Shown: positions 9,739-19,129, counted from the first letter of the stretch. The stretch: 64,000 nt of DNA from Aulosira sp. ZfuVER01 (GCA_034530615.2 JAVRCV020000083.1:55978-119977); one strand, 5' to 3'. Notes: a model not told the origin generated them from the sequence alone. Numbers and translations are program-made.

Positions 9739-11127
9739 ATGAAAAACTTATCATCATTTAGCAAAAATACCATCTTAATAGTAGATGACAACCCTACAAA
9801 TTTAGGTGTAATATTTAATGTTTTAGATGAATCTGGATTAGAAGTTTTAGTAGCTCAAGATGGTGAAAGTGCGCTGCAAAAAATAGAATATGTTGTCCCA
9901 GATTTAATTTTATTAGATATTATGATGCCAGGAATAGACGGATTTGAAACTTGTTCTCGGATCAAAAATAATCCGTCAACTTCAGAAACTCCTATCATTT
10001 TTATGACGGCTCTTGGTAACACCGAGCAAAAAGTCAAAGGTTTGAGTCTTGGCGCTGTAGATTATATTACTAAGCCCTTTCAAAAAGAAGAAGTATTAGC
10101 TCGAATTAAAGTTCATTTAGATTTGAGAAATTTAACCAAAGATTTGGCTAATAAAAATCAATTACTCCAAGAAAAAATTGCAGAAAAAACTGTTTTAGAA
10201 AACACCTTGCAGCAATTAAATCAAGAATTAGAAAACCGAGTTGAAGAACGAACATCTGAACTAAAACAGGCTCTACAAAACCTACAGCAAATTCAACTTC
10301 AGTTAATTCAAAGCGAAAAAATGTCCTCTCTTGGTCAACTGGTAGCTGGAGTTGCTCATGAAATTAATAATCCAGTAAGTTTTATTCATGGAAATTTGAA
10401 TCATGCTGAAACTTATATTCAAGATTTATTAGATATTTTTCAACTTTATCAGCAAAAATTACCCTCTCCAGATGCAGAGATTACAACTCGTGCGGAGGAA
10501 ATAGATTTAGAATATTTAATAGAAGACTTACCACAGATAATTTCATCTATGAAGGTGGGGGTAGAAAAAATTCGCCAAATTAGCATATCTTTAAGGACTT
10601 TCTCTCGCGCTGATAGTACATCAAAATTGGATGCTAACCTGCATGAAGGAATTGATAGTGCATTACTAATTATGCAACATAAATTAAAAGGTAATGATAA
10701 ATGTCCAAAAATAGAAGTAGTGAAAGAATATGGAAATTTACCTTTGGTGCTGTGCTATCCTGGACAGATGAATCAGGTATTTATTAATATTATTGCCAAT
10801 GCCATTCATGCCTTAGAAGATGCTTCCCAAAAACGCACATCAGAAGAGATGAAAGCGAATCCAAATCAAATTATTATTCACACTGAAATTAATCACAGCC
10901 GAAATAGTGCCATCATTCGGATAAAAGATAATGCCTTGGGAATGCCGGAAGAGGTGCGCAGTAAAGTATTTGATTATCTATTTACAACCAAATCTGCGGA
11001 AAAAGGTACTGGACTAGGTTTATCCATTAGCCGTCAAATTGTTGTCGAAAAACATAATGGTCAGCTAAGTTGCTTTTCAGAAGAGGGTGTTGGGACAGAG
11101 TTTATTGTTGAAATTCCTGTAGGGTAG
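9739..11127 (+). CDS. Cytoplasmic hybrid kinase (N-terminal REC, coiled coil, NtrB-like HisKA/HATPase)
   Basis: Receiver LLDIMMPGIDG; QSEKMSSLGQLVAGVAHEINNP; NQVFINIIANA; GTGLGLSIS; GGAGG at 9721-9725. Confidence 0.92.
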   Translation: MKNLSSFSKNTILIVDDNPTNLGVIFNVLDESGLEVLVAQDGESALQKIEYVVPDLILLDIMMPGIDGFETCSRIKNNPSTSETPIIFMTALGNTEQKVKGLSLGAVDYITKPFQKEEVLARIKVHLDLRNLTKDLANKNQLLQEKIAEKTVLENTLQQLNQELENRVEERTSELKQALQNLQQIQLQLIQSEKMSSLGQLVAGVAHEINNPVSFIHGNLNHAETYIQDLLDIFQLYQQKLPSPDAEITTRAEEIDLEYLIEDLPQIISSMKVGVEKIRQISISLRTFSRADSTSKLDANLHEGIDSALLIMQHKLKGNDKCPKIEVVKEYGNLPLVLCYPGQMNQVFINIIANAIHALEDASQKRTSEEMKANPNQIIIHTEINHSRNSAIIRIKDNALGMPEEVRSKVFDYLFTTKSAEKGTGLGLSISRQIVVEKHNGQLSCFSEEGVGTEFIVEIPVG

Positions 11128-11319
11128 CCGTATCCAGTATCCGTATCCCCGATTGTACCGCAATAATTCATCTAACGCGGGTATAGAACCGAGTGGTGCG
11201 ATTCGGAGTGAGTAAATCACGGTAGCCAGTCCATCAATAAGCTCATACTGCCATCAGAGTTGAACACTCGATCGAATAAATAGAATCAGCCTTTGGGGCA
11301 CAGCTACAATAATTGTGGT

Positions 11320-11472
11320 TCTAATCTAAATTCAGCCAATATGCGATCGCGCAAGTTAGTATAGTTGCACCGTGCCAAAATTAGCTTAAACTGCCCAATG
11401 GAAGCTTCTATCGCCCTGTAAAGTGCGATCGTTGTTAATCTGCATATCTTCACTTTGGGATGATTCGGTCAT
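11320..11472 (-). pseudogene. Frameshifted N-terminal remnant of a cyanobacterial ATPase-WD40/TPR repeat protein
   Basis: Minus strand reads MTESSQSEDMQINNDRTLQ, then after a frame change AIEASIGQFKLILARCNYTNLRDRILAEF; resembles, from memory, the N-terminus of large Nostocales WD40/TPR proteins. Confidence 0.5.
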
Positions 11473-11878
11473 AAGCTAATTGACATCTAGTTTTATGAGC
11501 AGGTTTTGACGTTGAGCGATTTTCTAGTACTACAGTACTGAGTACAAGTTTTTCTAGAATATAAATTAATCATTAAAAATATTTTTCGTAAACTTCTGTT
11601 AATGATTACAATTTATACCCAAAGATATATTGTCGGGGAAAATTTTATTTATTTTAATAAAATCAAGGTCTTTATGTTTGCTATTCTAAGCTTGAGCTAT
11701 TTAATTCCTCTCTTATTAGAAAAACCTTTATATCTATACATTTGGGTTAATCAATAGTATTTTTACAAGTCAAATAAGACTTATGCAGACCATCTACTGC
11801 AATTACAAGTAAGTTATAAATAGTAAGAGTGTTATCTTTAATGCAAGGTCATTTACTCAATTTTTGAGGAAAAAAACT

Positions 11879-12961
11879 ATGACTGCAACGCTCTTAGCAG
11901 GTAGTTCTATCGAGTCTTTCTTAGGTAATGAAGCAGAAGAACTGCTGACCTACAAAGCAAAAGTTTCTCAAGATTTATTACATTTACCAGGGCCAGACTT
12001 TATAGATCGAGTTTGGATAAACAGCGATCGCAATCCTCAAGTATTGCGTAATCTCCAACAACTTTATTCTACTGGTCGTTTAGCAGATACTGGCTATCTC
12101 TCCATTCTCCCGGTAGACCAAGGTATTGAGCATTCAGCAGCCGCATCTTTTGCGCCTAATCCGATATATTTTGATCCAGAAAATATTGTGAAATTAGCAA
12201 TAGCTGGAGGTTGCAATGCTGTTGCTACAACTTTGGGAGTATTAGGGAGTGTTGCGCGGAAATATGCCCATAAAATTCCCTTTATAGTCAAATTAAATCA
12301 TAACGAACTGTTGACTTTCCCCAATCAATTTGACCAAATATTGTTTGCTGATGTCGAACAAGCTTGGAATTTGGGTGCAGCAGCAGTAGGCGCAACGATT
12401 TATTTTGGTTCGGAACAGTCTACCAGACAAATTCAGGAAATTAGCCAAGCTTTTAAATATGCCCATGAACTTGGTTTAGTAACTATTCTTTGGTGTTATC
12501 TACGGAACAACGCCTTTAAACAAGATAAAGACTATCATGTTGCTGCTGACCTCACCGGACAAGCAAATCATTTGGGCGTAACAATTGAAGCCGACATTAT
12601 TAAACAGAAGTTACCAGAAAATAATAATGGTTACGGCGCTGTAGCTAAAGCAACTGGTAAATCTTATGGTAAAACCCATGAGCTAGTTTACACAGAGTTG
12701 ACAACAGACCATCCAATTGATTTAACTCGTTACCAAGTACTTAATTGCTACTGTGGACGTGCAGGATTAATTAACTCTGGTGGCGCTTCTGGTAAAAATG
12801 ATTTTGCAGAAGCAGTTCGCACAGCTGTGATTAACAAACGTGCCGGTGGTACAGGATTAATTTCTGGGCGCAAGGCTTTCCAACGTCCATTTGAGGAAGG
12901 TGTGAAACTTTTCCACGCCATTCAAGATGTTTATCTATCAAAAGATGTGACACTAGCCTAA
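11879..12961 (+). CDS. fbaB: Class I fructose-bisphosphate aldolase (DhnA/FbaB type)
   Basis: [27 protein letters not shown] (Schiff-base Lys), [13 protein letters not shown] at 11879. Confidence 0.93.
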   Translation: MTATLLAGSSIESFLGNEAEELLTYKAKVSQDLLHLPGPDFIDRVWINSDRNPQVLRNLQQLYSTGRLADTGYLSILPVDQGIEHSAAASFAPNPIYFDPENIVKLAIAGGCNAVATTLGVLGSVARKYAHKIPFIVKLNHNELLTFPNQFDQILFADVEQAWNLGAAAVGATIYFGSEQSTRQIQEISQAFKYAHELGLVTILWCYLRNNAFKQDKDYHVAADLTGQANHLGVTIEADIIKQKLPENNNGYGAVAKATGKSYGKTHELVYTELTTDHPIDLTRYQVLNCYCGRAGLINSGGASGKNDFAEAVRTAVINKRAGGTGLISGRKAFQRPFEEGVKLFHAIQDVYLSKDVTLA

Positions 12962-12990
12962 TGCTGTAAAAATAGAAAAATTAAAGAACT

Positions 12991-13018
12991 AGGTGGGCTA
13001 TTTGTCCACCTTTATTTT
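12991..13018 (+). terminator. Probable intrinsic terminator after fbaB
   Basis: AGGTGGGC-tattt-GTCCACCT hairpin followed by a T-rich tract. Confidence 0.55.
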
Positions 13019-13095
13019 ATTCTCTATTTCTCTTAACTCTGTGTTCTCTGCGCCTCTGCGGTTCGTATCAAAAACGTAATTTATACATATCTCAA

Positions 13096-14706
13096 CTAAC
13101 CACCGTAAATCCTCTTTTCATAACCTATCCATTCTTTCTCCCGTAACAAATACTTTTGAATTTTACCTGTGCTAGTTTTGGGCAGAGTAGTAAATTCAAT
13201 CGTAGTAGGACATTTAAAAGCAGCAATTTGATGGCGACAAAAATGGATTAATTCTTGTTCTGTAACTTGCATTCCCTCTTTGAGAGTAACAAAGGCCTTG
13301 GCCACTTCTCCCCGCTTGGGATGCGGTACGGCAATAACTGCACACTCTAACACGGCTTCATGGCGGTAAAGACATTGTTCTACTTCAATACTAGAGACAT
13401 TTTCCCCGCTAGTAATGATGATATCTTTCATGCGATCGCGCACCTCAATATAACCATCCGGGTGCATCACCGCTAAATCACCGCTATGAAACCATCCGCC
13501 TCTAAATACCCTTTCAGTAACTTCCAGGTCATTATAATAACCTGTCATCACCATATTTCCTTGCATTACCACTTCCCCCATCGTTTGTCCATCAGCCGGG
13601 ACATCATTCATCTCTCGATCTACCACTCGCAAACCATCTGCACTTATATAAGGTACGCCTTGACGTGCCATAAGTTTTGCTTTTTCTTCAATCAGTAAAT
13701 TGTCCCAATCTGATTGATATTCGCAAACTGTATAAGGGCCATAAACTTCCGTCAAACCATAAACATGAATAATTTTTGCACCAATTTCGGTAATTTTGGC
13801 AATCAATGTTGGCGAAGGTGGTGCGCCTGCTGTAGTGATAGTTAAAGATTTTTCTAAAAATTGGGGACAGTCTCGATTATTAACAAGAGAAATTAAAATT
13901 ACAGGTGCAGCATTTAAGTGAGTTACTCCCTCTTGTTGAATTAAGTGCCAAACATTAGCAGGGTTAAACTTACGCAAACAAATATGAGTTCCAGCAATAG
14001 CAGTTACTGCCCAAGTAAAACACCAACCATTGCAGTGAAACATGGGCAAAGTCCAGAGATAAATTGAATCAGGCGTTAATGTTGTTTCAATTATTTCTCC
14101 TAAAGAGTTAATATATGCGCCTCGGTGAGAATACATTACACCTTTGGGTTTACCAGAAGTTCCACTAGTGTAATTAATGGAAATTGTCTCCATTTCATCT
14201 GTAATTACCCAAGGTAAAGGGGTCGGATTACCAGTTTTGAGAAATACTTCATAATCCTCTCCAGCTAAAGGTTCAAATTCTTCTAAATCGCTGATATTTA
14301 TGATATGTTTGACAGTTTCTAGACTATTTTGAATAGGTCGAATTATATTTGCTAACTCTGTATCAACAAAGAGAAATTTTGCACCGCAATCATTCAAAAT
14401 GTAAGCAACTTCTTGGGGTGCTAACCGAGTATTAATAGATACTAGGATACCCCCAGCTAAAGGCACAGCAAAATGGGCTTCTAACATAGGGGGAGTGTTG
14501 AAACAAAAAAAAGCGACGCGATCGCCTTTTTCAAGTCCAGCATGACGTAGCGCTGAGGCTAGACAATTTATCCGATCTGCAAATTCGCCGTAAGTGAAGC
14601 GTTTTTGATTATATATAATAGCGGGTTTATGACTATAGACTTTAGCATTGCGCTGAATAAATGTTAAAGGTGTGAGAATGCTGCGGCAAACTGCTTCAGG
14701 GTTCAT
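13096..14706 (-). CDS. Acyl-CoA synthetase / AMP-dependent fatty-acid CoA ligase
   Basis: YTSGTSGKPKG, LPMFHCNGW, YGLTE, SGDLA, DRMKD, PKTSTGKIQK; ATG at 14706 preferred because the longer track start runs into a repeat element. Confidence 0.9.
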   Translation of the reverse strand: MNPEAVCRSILTPLTFIQRNAKVYSHKPAIIYNQKRFTYGEFADRINCLASALRHAGLEKGDRVAFFCFNTPPMLEAHFAVPLAGGILVSINTRLAPQEVAYILNDCGAKFLFVDTELANIIRPIQNSLETVKHIINISDLEEFEPLAGEDYEVFLKTGNPTPLPWVITDEMETISINYTSGTSGKPKGVMYSHRGAYINSLGEIIETTLTPDSIYLWTLPMFHCNGWCFTWAVTAIAGTHICLRKFNPANVWHLIQQEGVTHLNAAPVILISLVNNRDCPQFLEKSLTITTAGAPPSPTLIAKITEIGAKIIHVYGLTEVYGPYTVCEYQSDWDNLLIEEKAKLMARQGVPYISADGLRVVDREMNDVPADGQTMGEVVMQGNMVMTGYYNDLEVTERVFRGGWFHSGDLAVMHPDGYIEVRDRMKDIIITSGENVSSIEVEQCLYRHEAVLECAVIAVPHPKRGEVAKAFVTLKEGMQVTEQELIHFCRHQIAAFKCPTTIEFTTLPKTSTGKIQKYLLREKEWIGYEKRIYGG

Positions 14707-14757
14707 GGCTAATGCTAATAGTGAACATTCACAAAGGAGCATACCATAATAGGACTT

Positions 14758-14853
14758 ATACCAATTCAAAATTCAAAATTCAAAATTAAGAAAGTGAGAC
14801 TCAGCATAGGTTTTAGAGTTTGAATCTGTATCAGATTTTTCGTAAATTGGTAT
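14758..14853. mobile_element. ~96-bp MITE-like element with ATACCAATT terminal inverted repeats, containing an (AAAATTC)n heptamer run
   Basis: ATACCAATT at 14758 and AATTGGTAT ending at 14853; similar ends at 24452-24543. Confidence 0.55.
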
Positions 14854-14927
14854 TACGCAACTGGTACACTAAATAAGTCCAGAGTCTAGAATTTCTTGAC
14901 CATTGACCCTGGACTTTTGACTATTAA

Positions 14928-15596
14928 CTATCTAACGTTTCTCACCAAAAAATTTGGTTGTCCACAACTCTTTTGAGAACTCTTCAATATTTCTGCGCTA
15001 CAAGTACCTGGTTTACCATCTTTAGAGTAGCAAAAGAAAACTTCTTGCAAAAACCTTCCTGACCCAGAACAGTAAGGCGCTATGCCATCAGCAACTAATT
15101 CACTATTAGAACTTACAAATGTATTTTTTAGTCCTTTAATTGTAGTACGGAAGGGTTTGCTTGGACGATTATAAGCTGTGGGGATAGCAACAGATTCTTT
15201 TAACTGTTTAGAGACTGTTAGATATTCTTGTGGTGTTTTACCAGAACAAGTACCATGTTTTTCCCATTCATGGTCAAAAAGTTTGTCGCTGGGGTACAAA
15301 CCTACAAACTGCTGCTTTAATTCTTTGGGTAATTTTTCAGTAGAACAGTTAGCCGGATAACCAGTTTGGTACTGAGGCCACAAACCATGTAATACAAAAC
15401 CGAGTTTCTTACCTGACTTGCACTGCTGGCGATCGCGATCGCCATTTGTTGCACAATAATCTGGAGACCACGATAAAGTCAGTACGTAAAAATCAAACTG
15501 GCCGGGAGTTCCACGATTTTGGGCACTAACGGCGTTAGGGATAGCAAAGCTGGTAATGGCTAAGGAAGATGCTACCAGGATTTTCTTGATCTGCAT
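14928..15596 (-). CDS. Secreted ribonuclease T2 family protein
   Basis: Signal peptide (…AVSA); CAS I FVLHGLWP and CAS II FDHEWEKHGTC; multiple Cys. Confidence 0.93.
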   Translation of the reverse strand: MQIKKILVASSLAITSFAIPNAVSAQNRGTPGQFDFYVLTLSWSPDYCATNGDRDRQQCKSGKKLGFVLHGLWPQYQTGYPANCSTEKLPKELKQQFVGLYPSDKLFDHEWEKHGTCSGKTPQEYLTVSKQLKESVAIPTAYNRPSKPFRTTIKGLKNTFVSSNSELVADGIAPYCSGSGRFLQEVFFCYSKDGKPGTCSAEILKSSQKSCGQPNFLVRNVR

Positions 15597-15680
15597 ATTT
15601 ACAGTCAGTCTTTGTGTAATTCAAGTTACGCCCTATACATTAACTCAGTTCAGTAAAAAATATAAAGTTACTGAGAAATT

Positions 15681-15810
15681 GCGTAGCGTAGCCCGTCGCA
15701 GACATAAGGGACTGACGTTAGCGCAGCGTAAAGCCTTCGGCATAGCTTCGCTTAGAGCGACGTTCGCGTAGCGTCTCCCTTTGGGAGAAGGAGCGTCACC
15801 CGAAGGGCAG
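15681..15810. repeat. Composite of small dispersed GC-rich palindromic repeats (SDR-like)
   Basis: 15756-15807 matches 28345-28396 at 49 of 52 nt; internal hairpins such as TCTCCC-ttt-GGGAGA and CCC-GAA-GGG. Confidence 0.75.
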
Positions 15811-15867
15811 AAGTGGTAAAATTTTTATGATATTACCTTCTGCCTCCTGCCCTCTGCCTTTGTAATA

Positions 15868-17376
15868 TCACCTCATATCGTAACCAAACAAATTCGGGTC
15901 AACTTCACCTAACTGCAAATCTGCCAAACCATACTCAGCCCAGCGTCTATCAACCATCGCCGCCACATTTGGATCTGACTCTAGGGGCGCACCCCATTCA
16001 TGGTCAGTTTCTGGGGGGATTTTGGTGGTAGCATCAATTCCCATCCGCCCACCTAAACCAATTTTCTCACTGGCAAAATCTAAAGTATCAAAGGGTGTAT
16101 TCGGCAAAATAAACACATCCCTTGTAGGGTCAACTTTAGAACTAATTGCCCAGACAACTTGACGCGGATCGCGAATATTGATGTCTTTATCGACTACAAT
16201 CACAAACTTGGTGTAAGTAAATTGTGGTAAAGCACTCCAAAACGCCAAAGCAGCTCGTCGTGCTTGTCCGGGATATGCTTTATCAATGGAAATAATTGCC
16301 GCTTTGTAACTCAAAGCTTCCATTGGGAGGAAGAAATCGACAATTTCTGAGACTTGTTGCCGCAGAATCGGGGTATAAATCCGATTGAGTGCGATCGCCA
16401 TCATCGCTTCTTCTTTGGGTGGACGACCGCTAAATGTTGTTAAGTAAATCGGATCTTTACGGTGTGTCATACACTGAAAGCGAATCAAAGGGGAATCCTC
16501 GACACCGCCGTAATAACCCATGTGGTCGCCAAATGGCCCATCTGGTAAGACTTCACCTGGTGTAATTGTCCCTTCTAAAACAAATTCTGAATCGGCGGGA
16601 ACTTCCAAATCTACGGTTTTGCACTTTGCTAACTGCACCCCAGAACCGCCGTAAAGTCCAGCAAACAACCATTCTGATAAATCTACAGGTATGGGTGTAG
16701 CAGCTGCCATGATAATCAAAGGATCTACACCAAGTGCGATCGCAATTTCTAATTTTTTCCCATTTTCTGCGGCTTTACGCAAATGTCTCGCCCCGCCCCG
16801 TACCGATAACCAATGTACGGTCATCGTATTTTGAGATTGTAGTTGCAGACGATACACACCCACATTTGGCGTACCTGTCTCACAATCCTTTGTAATTACT
16901 AGCCCTAAGGTAATAATCTTCCCTGCATCCCCTATATAAGGACGTATCAACGGTAACTTATTTAAATCTAAATCCTTCCCTTGAACCACCACTTGTTGAC
17001 AGGCGGGGAAAAAGTCTCGTCCTGGTTTAGCTTTCACCACATCAAACAGGACTTTCCCAAAATCTATGGCTTGGGAAATCTTCTTCGGTGGTTTTGGTTG
17101 TTGCAACATACTCAGCTTTTTACCCAGAGTTTCCAACTCCTCTGGATGCTGCATATTCATCGCCCAGCATATCCTTTCCACAGTTCCCATCAAATTCACG
17201 GCTACCGGGAAGGATGCGCCTTTAACATTTTCAAACAATAAACCCGGCCCACCTTGTTGCAGCATCCGGTTAGAAATCTCAGCAATTTCTAAATCTGGGT
17301 CAACTAAAGCTGAAATCCGCTTTAATTGTCCCCTTTCTTCCAGAATTTTGATAAATCCCCGCAAATCTCTCGCCAT
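15868..17376 (-). CDS. ubiD: UbiD family decarboxylase (4-hydroxy-3-prenylbenzoate decarboxylase, plastoquinone pathway)
   Basis: MARDLRGFI, NVGVYRLQ, DGPFGDHMGYY, GRPPKE, VVDKDINIRD, GIDAT. Confidence 0.93.
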   Translation of the reverse strand: MARDLRGFIKILEERGQLKRISALVDPDLEIAEISNRMLQQGGPGLLFENVKGASFPVAVNLMGTVERICWAMNMQHPEELETLGKKLSMLQQPKPPKKISQAIDFGKVLFDVVKAKPGRDFFPACQQVVVQGKDLDLNKLPLIRPYIGDAGKIITLGLVITKDCETGTPNVGVYRLQLQSQNTMTVHWLSVRGGARHLRKAAENGKKLEIAIALGVDPLIIMAAATPIPVDLSEWLFAGLYGGSGVQLAKCKTVDLEVPADSEFVLEGTITPGEVLPDGPFGDHMGYYGGVEDSPLIRFQCMTHRKDPIYLTTFSGRPPKEEAMMAIALNRIYTPILRQQVSEIVDFFLPMEALSYKAAIISIDKAYPGQARRAALAFWSALPQFTYTKFVIVVDKDINIRDPRQVVWAISSKVDPTRDVFILPNTPFDTLDFASEKIGLGGRMGIDATTKIPPETDHEWGAPLESDPNVAAMVDRRWAEYGLADLQLGEVDPNLFGYDMR

Positions 17377-17514
17377 TGTTTTTGTAAAGCTGAATAATTA
17401 AGAACTGTGAAGCGCTCTCTTATATTATTAGCCATTCTTTGCTTGTTATTTTGGCTCGCGATCGCCACTGCGAAAATTCCCTGGTTCCGCCTGTCCGTCT
17501 GAGGTTATGCCGTA

Positions 17515-17555
17515 CTTAACGACAACTTAACCTATTTCTTTACTTTTCTTAACTA
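17515..17555 (+). promoter_or_regulatory. Putative Pho (SphR/PhoB) box: YTTAAYYW-type repeats at 11-bp period
   Basis: CTTAACGA at 17515, CTTAACCT at 17526, degenerate CTTTACTT at 17538, CTTAACTA at 17548; CACAAT at 17565-17570. Confidence 0.55.
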
Positions 17556-17576
17556 CTGATGGCACACAATTTAGTT

Positions 17577-17703
17577 ACCCTAAATAGGGATAAAGCATTA
17601 TTTATTACAAATAAGCGCTAACCTGATCAAACATGGCCAGAATATACGACACTTCCCTGGCAGGCGGTTCTTGAAAGTAACCTCTGCTGGGTTTATTTAT
17701 TTT
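17577..17703 (+). ncRNA. Candidate small RNA
   Basis: Follows the Pho-type box and -10-like hexamer; 5' hairpin CCCTA-aa-TAGGG; ends in a + strand-specific terminator; no long + strand ORF. Confidence 0.4.
17656..17703 (+). terminator. Orphan intrinsic terminator
   Basis: 13-bp stem (17656-17669 with 17679-17691) containing three G-U pairs that form only on the + strand, followed by TTTATTTATTTT. Confidence 0.6.
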
Positions 17704-17798
17704 CTGCTTTACTTGTGCCAGAAAACACATTTACTTCTGGAGCAAGTGAATAATATGAATATTTGTGAATTTGCGATCGCAACCGCCAATCCACAGCC

Positions 17799-18500
17799 CT
17801 AAGCAAGATGACGATACGTAGTGAAAGGTAATCCAGTCCGCTGTTTCACATCAATTAATGATTTGTATTCACCTCGTTGTTGCCTTTCTGCTATGATTTT
17901 TTCTGCGATCGCTGCATCTAACCCACAAGCAATCAATTCTTGAGTTGAATATATATTTATTCTTTTCCAAGAAACATCAACTTCTTTTTTGTAGTTGTAG
18001 CTAAAGGTAATCAGTGGTGTAATGCGAGCCACTTGTTTTTCAGGAATTCCTGCAATTTCTATCAACTCTTCTACATGGGTGAAAATATATCCCTCATTCA
18101 GAAGGGACTCAATATTATTGGCATAGACTATAGGTAAACCTAAATAGTTGACTAATTCATTCTTAGAACATTCATTAATATCTAACTTGTCACGATTTGC
18201 TGCAACTAACTTGGCTAGATCGGGTATTTCTGGTAGGGGTAAAGTTTTTGGATAAGTTTTAGCTAAAAAACTTTTTTTTATATAAAATGTCGTAGCAATT
18301 TGAGCTATCCAAATCAAGCCTGCTAAACCACTTGAAGACAGAAAAAAACTCAAACTAACTATCCCAGCACCTAGAAAAATCCAAGATTTAGTCTGAGATT
18401 TATAACCTGCATAAATAATAGTAAAACCCCCAAATGTCGGAATTAAGGATAACCACATCCAAGAAGGGGTTTGTTGAAACCAAGAACTAGATTGTGACAC
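17799..18500 (-). CDS. Membrane-anchored helix-hairpin-helix (ComEA-like) protein
   Basis: N-terminal TM helices; two HhH-type repeats (LDINECSKNEL...FTHVEELIEIAGI; RINIYSTQEL...AEKIIAERQQRGEYKSLIDVKQRTGL). Confidence 0.8.
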   Translation of the reverse strand: MSQSSSWFQQTPSWMWLSLIPTFGGFTIIYAGYKSQTKSWIFLGAGIVSLSFFLSSSGLAGLIWIAQIATTFYIKKSFLAKTYPKTLPLPEIPDLAKLVAANRDKLDINECSKNELVNYLGLPIVYANNIESLLNEGYIFTHVEELIEIAGIPEKQVARITPLITFSYNYKKEVDVSWKRINIYSTQELIACGLDAAIAEKIIAERQQRGEYKSLIDVKQRTGLPFTTYRHLA

Positions 18501-18523
18501 GGTAAATCAAGTGTTGATTTTTT

Positions 18524-18865
18524 CTACAGAGATTTTAAAAGTTTTTGCCGCTTTTCTTCATATTCTTCTGCTGTAATTACACCAGAATCGTAAAGATTTT
18601 TCAAATCAGCTAGCGCACCTGTTGCATCTTTAGCAGATATCGCTCCTCCTGCACCAGATTTACCTTGATTGTATTTAGCATTAAAATCTACATCTGACAT
18701 AAAAATGAGCAGAAAAAATTCAACAAATGCTATGACTGCTGGAATAAATGTCCAACAAAACAAAAGATACAAAATACCCGCAACATTTTCACCTAAATAA
18801 AATTTATGAATTCCCAGCCCACCACAAAAAAAGCAGAGTAGCACTGCTGTATTTTTACTCTTCAT
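18524..18865 (-). CDS. TM2 (NINE) domain protein with C-terminal SHOCT domain
   Basis: GGLGIHKFYLG...LYLLFCWTFIP (TM2); LADLKNLYDSGVITAEEYEEKRQKLL (SHOCT). Confidence 0.88.
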   Translation of the reverse strand: MKSKNTAVLLCFFCGGLGIHKFYLGENVAGILYLLFCWTFIPAVIAFVEFFLLIFMSDVDFNAKYNQGKSGAGGAISAKDATGALADLKNLYDSGVITAEEYEEKRQKLLKSL

Positions 18866-18913
18866 AAGTAACTCCTTATTTGAAAATTTACTAATTTAAA
18901 ATTTACGCGAAAA

Positions 18914-19129
18914 TTACCACTTTTTTTGTGGTTTGTTATTAAGTTTGTTGGTCATGAAATAAATTGCTAGTATACATAGTTGAGATTCAAGTAAAACTAA
19001 GTAGCCTTTAGCTATATAGTTAAATTCTAGTTGGGAATTAAAGTAAAAAATCAAACTACCAATTGCCATATATAGCAGCAGACGTAACCAATTAAACTTC
19101 AGCCTTAGTCTTTGTTTATTTAACTGCAT
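18914..19129 (-). CDS. Small hypothetical membrane protein
   Basis: 71 aa with two hydrophobic segments; co-oriented 48 nt upstream of the TM2 gene. Confidence 0.55.
   Translation of the reverse strand: MQLNKQRLRLKFNWLRLLLYMAIGSLIFYFNSQLEFNYIAKGYLVLLESQLCILAIYFMTNKLNNKPQKKW

Noticed and set aside
14707..14769. N-terminal extension of the acyl-CoA ligase given by the ORF track
   Set aside because: It begins inside a MITE/heptamer repeat; the ATG at 14706 fits the family start
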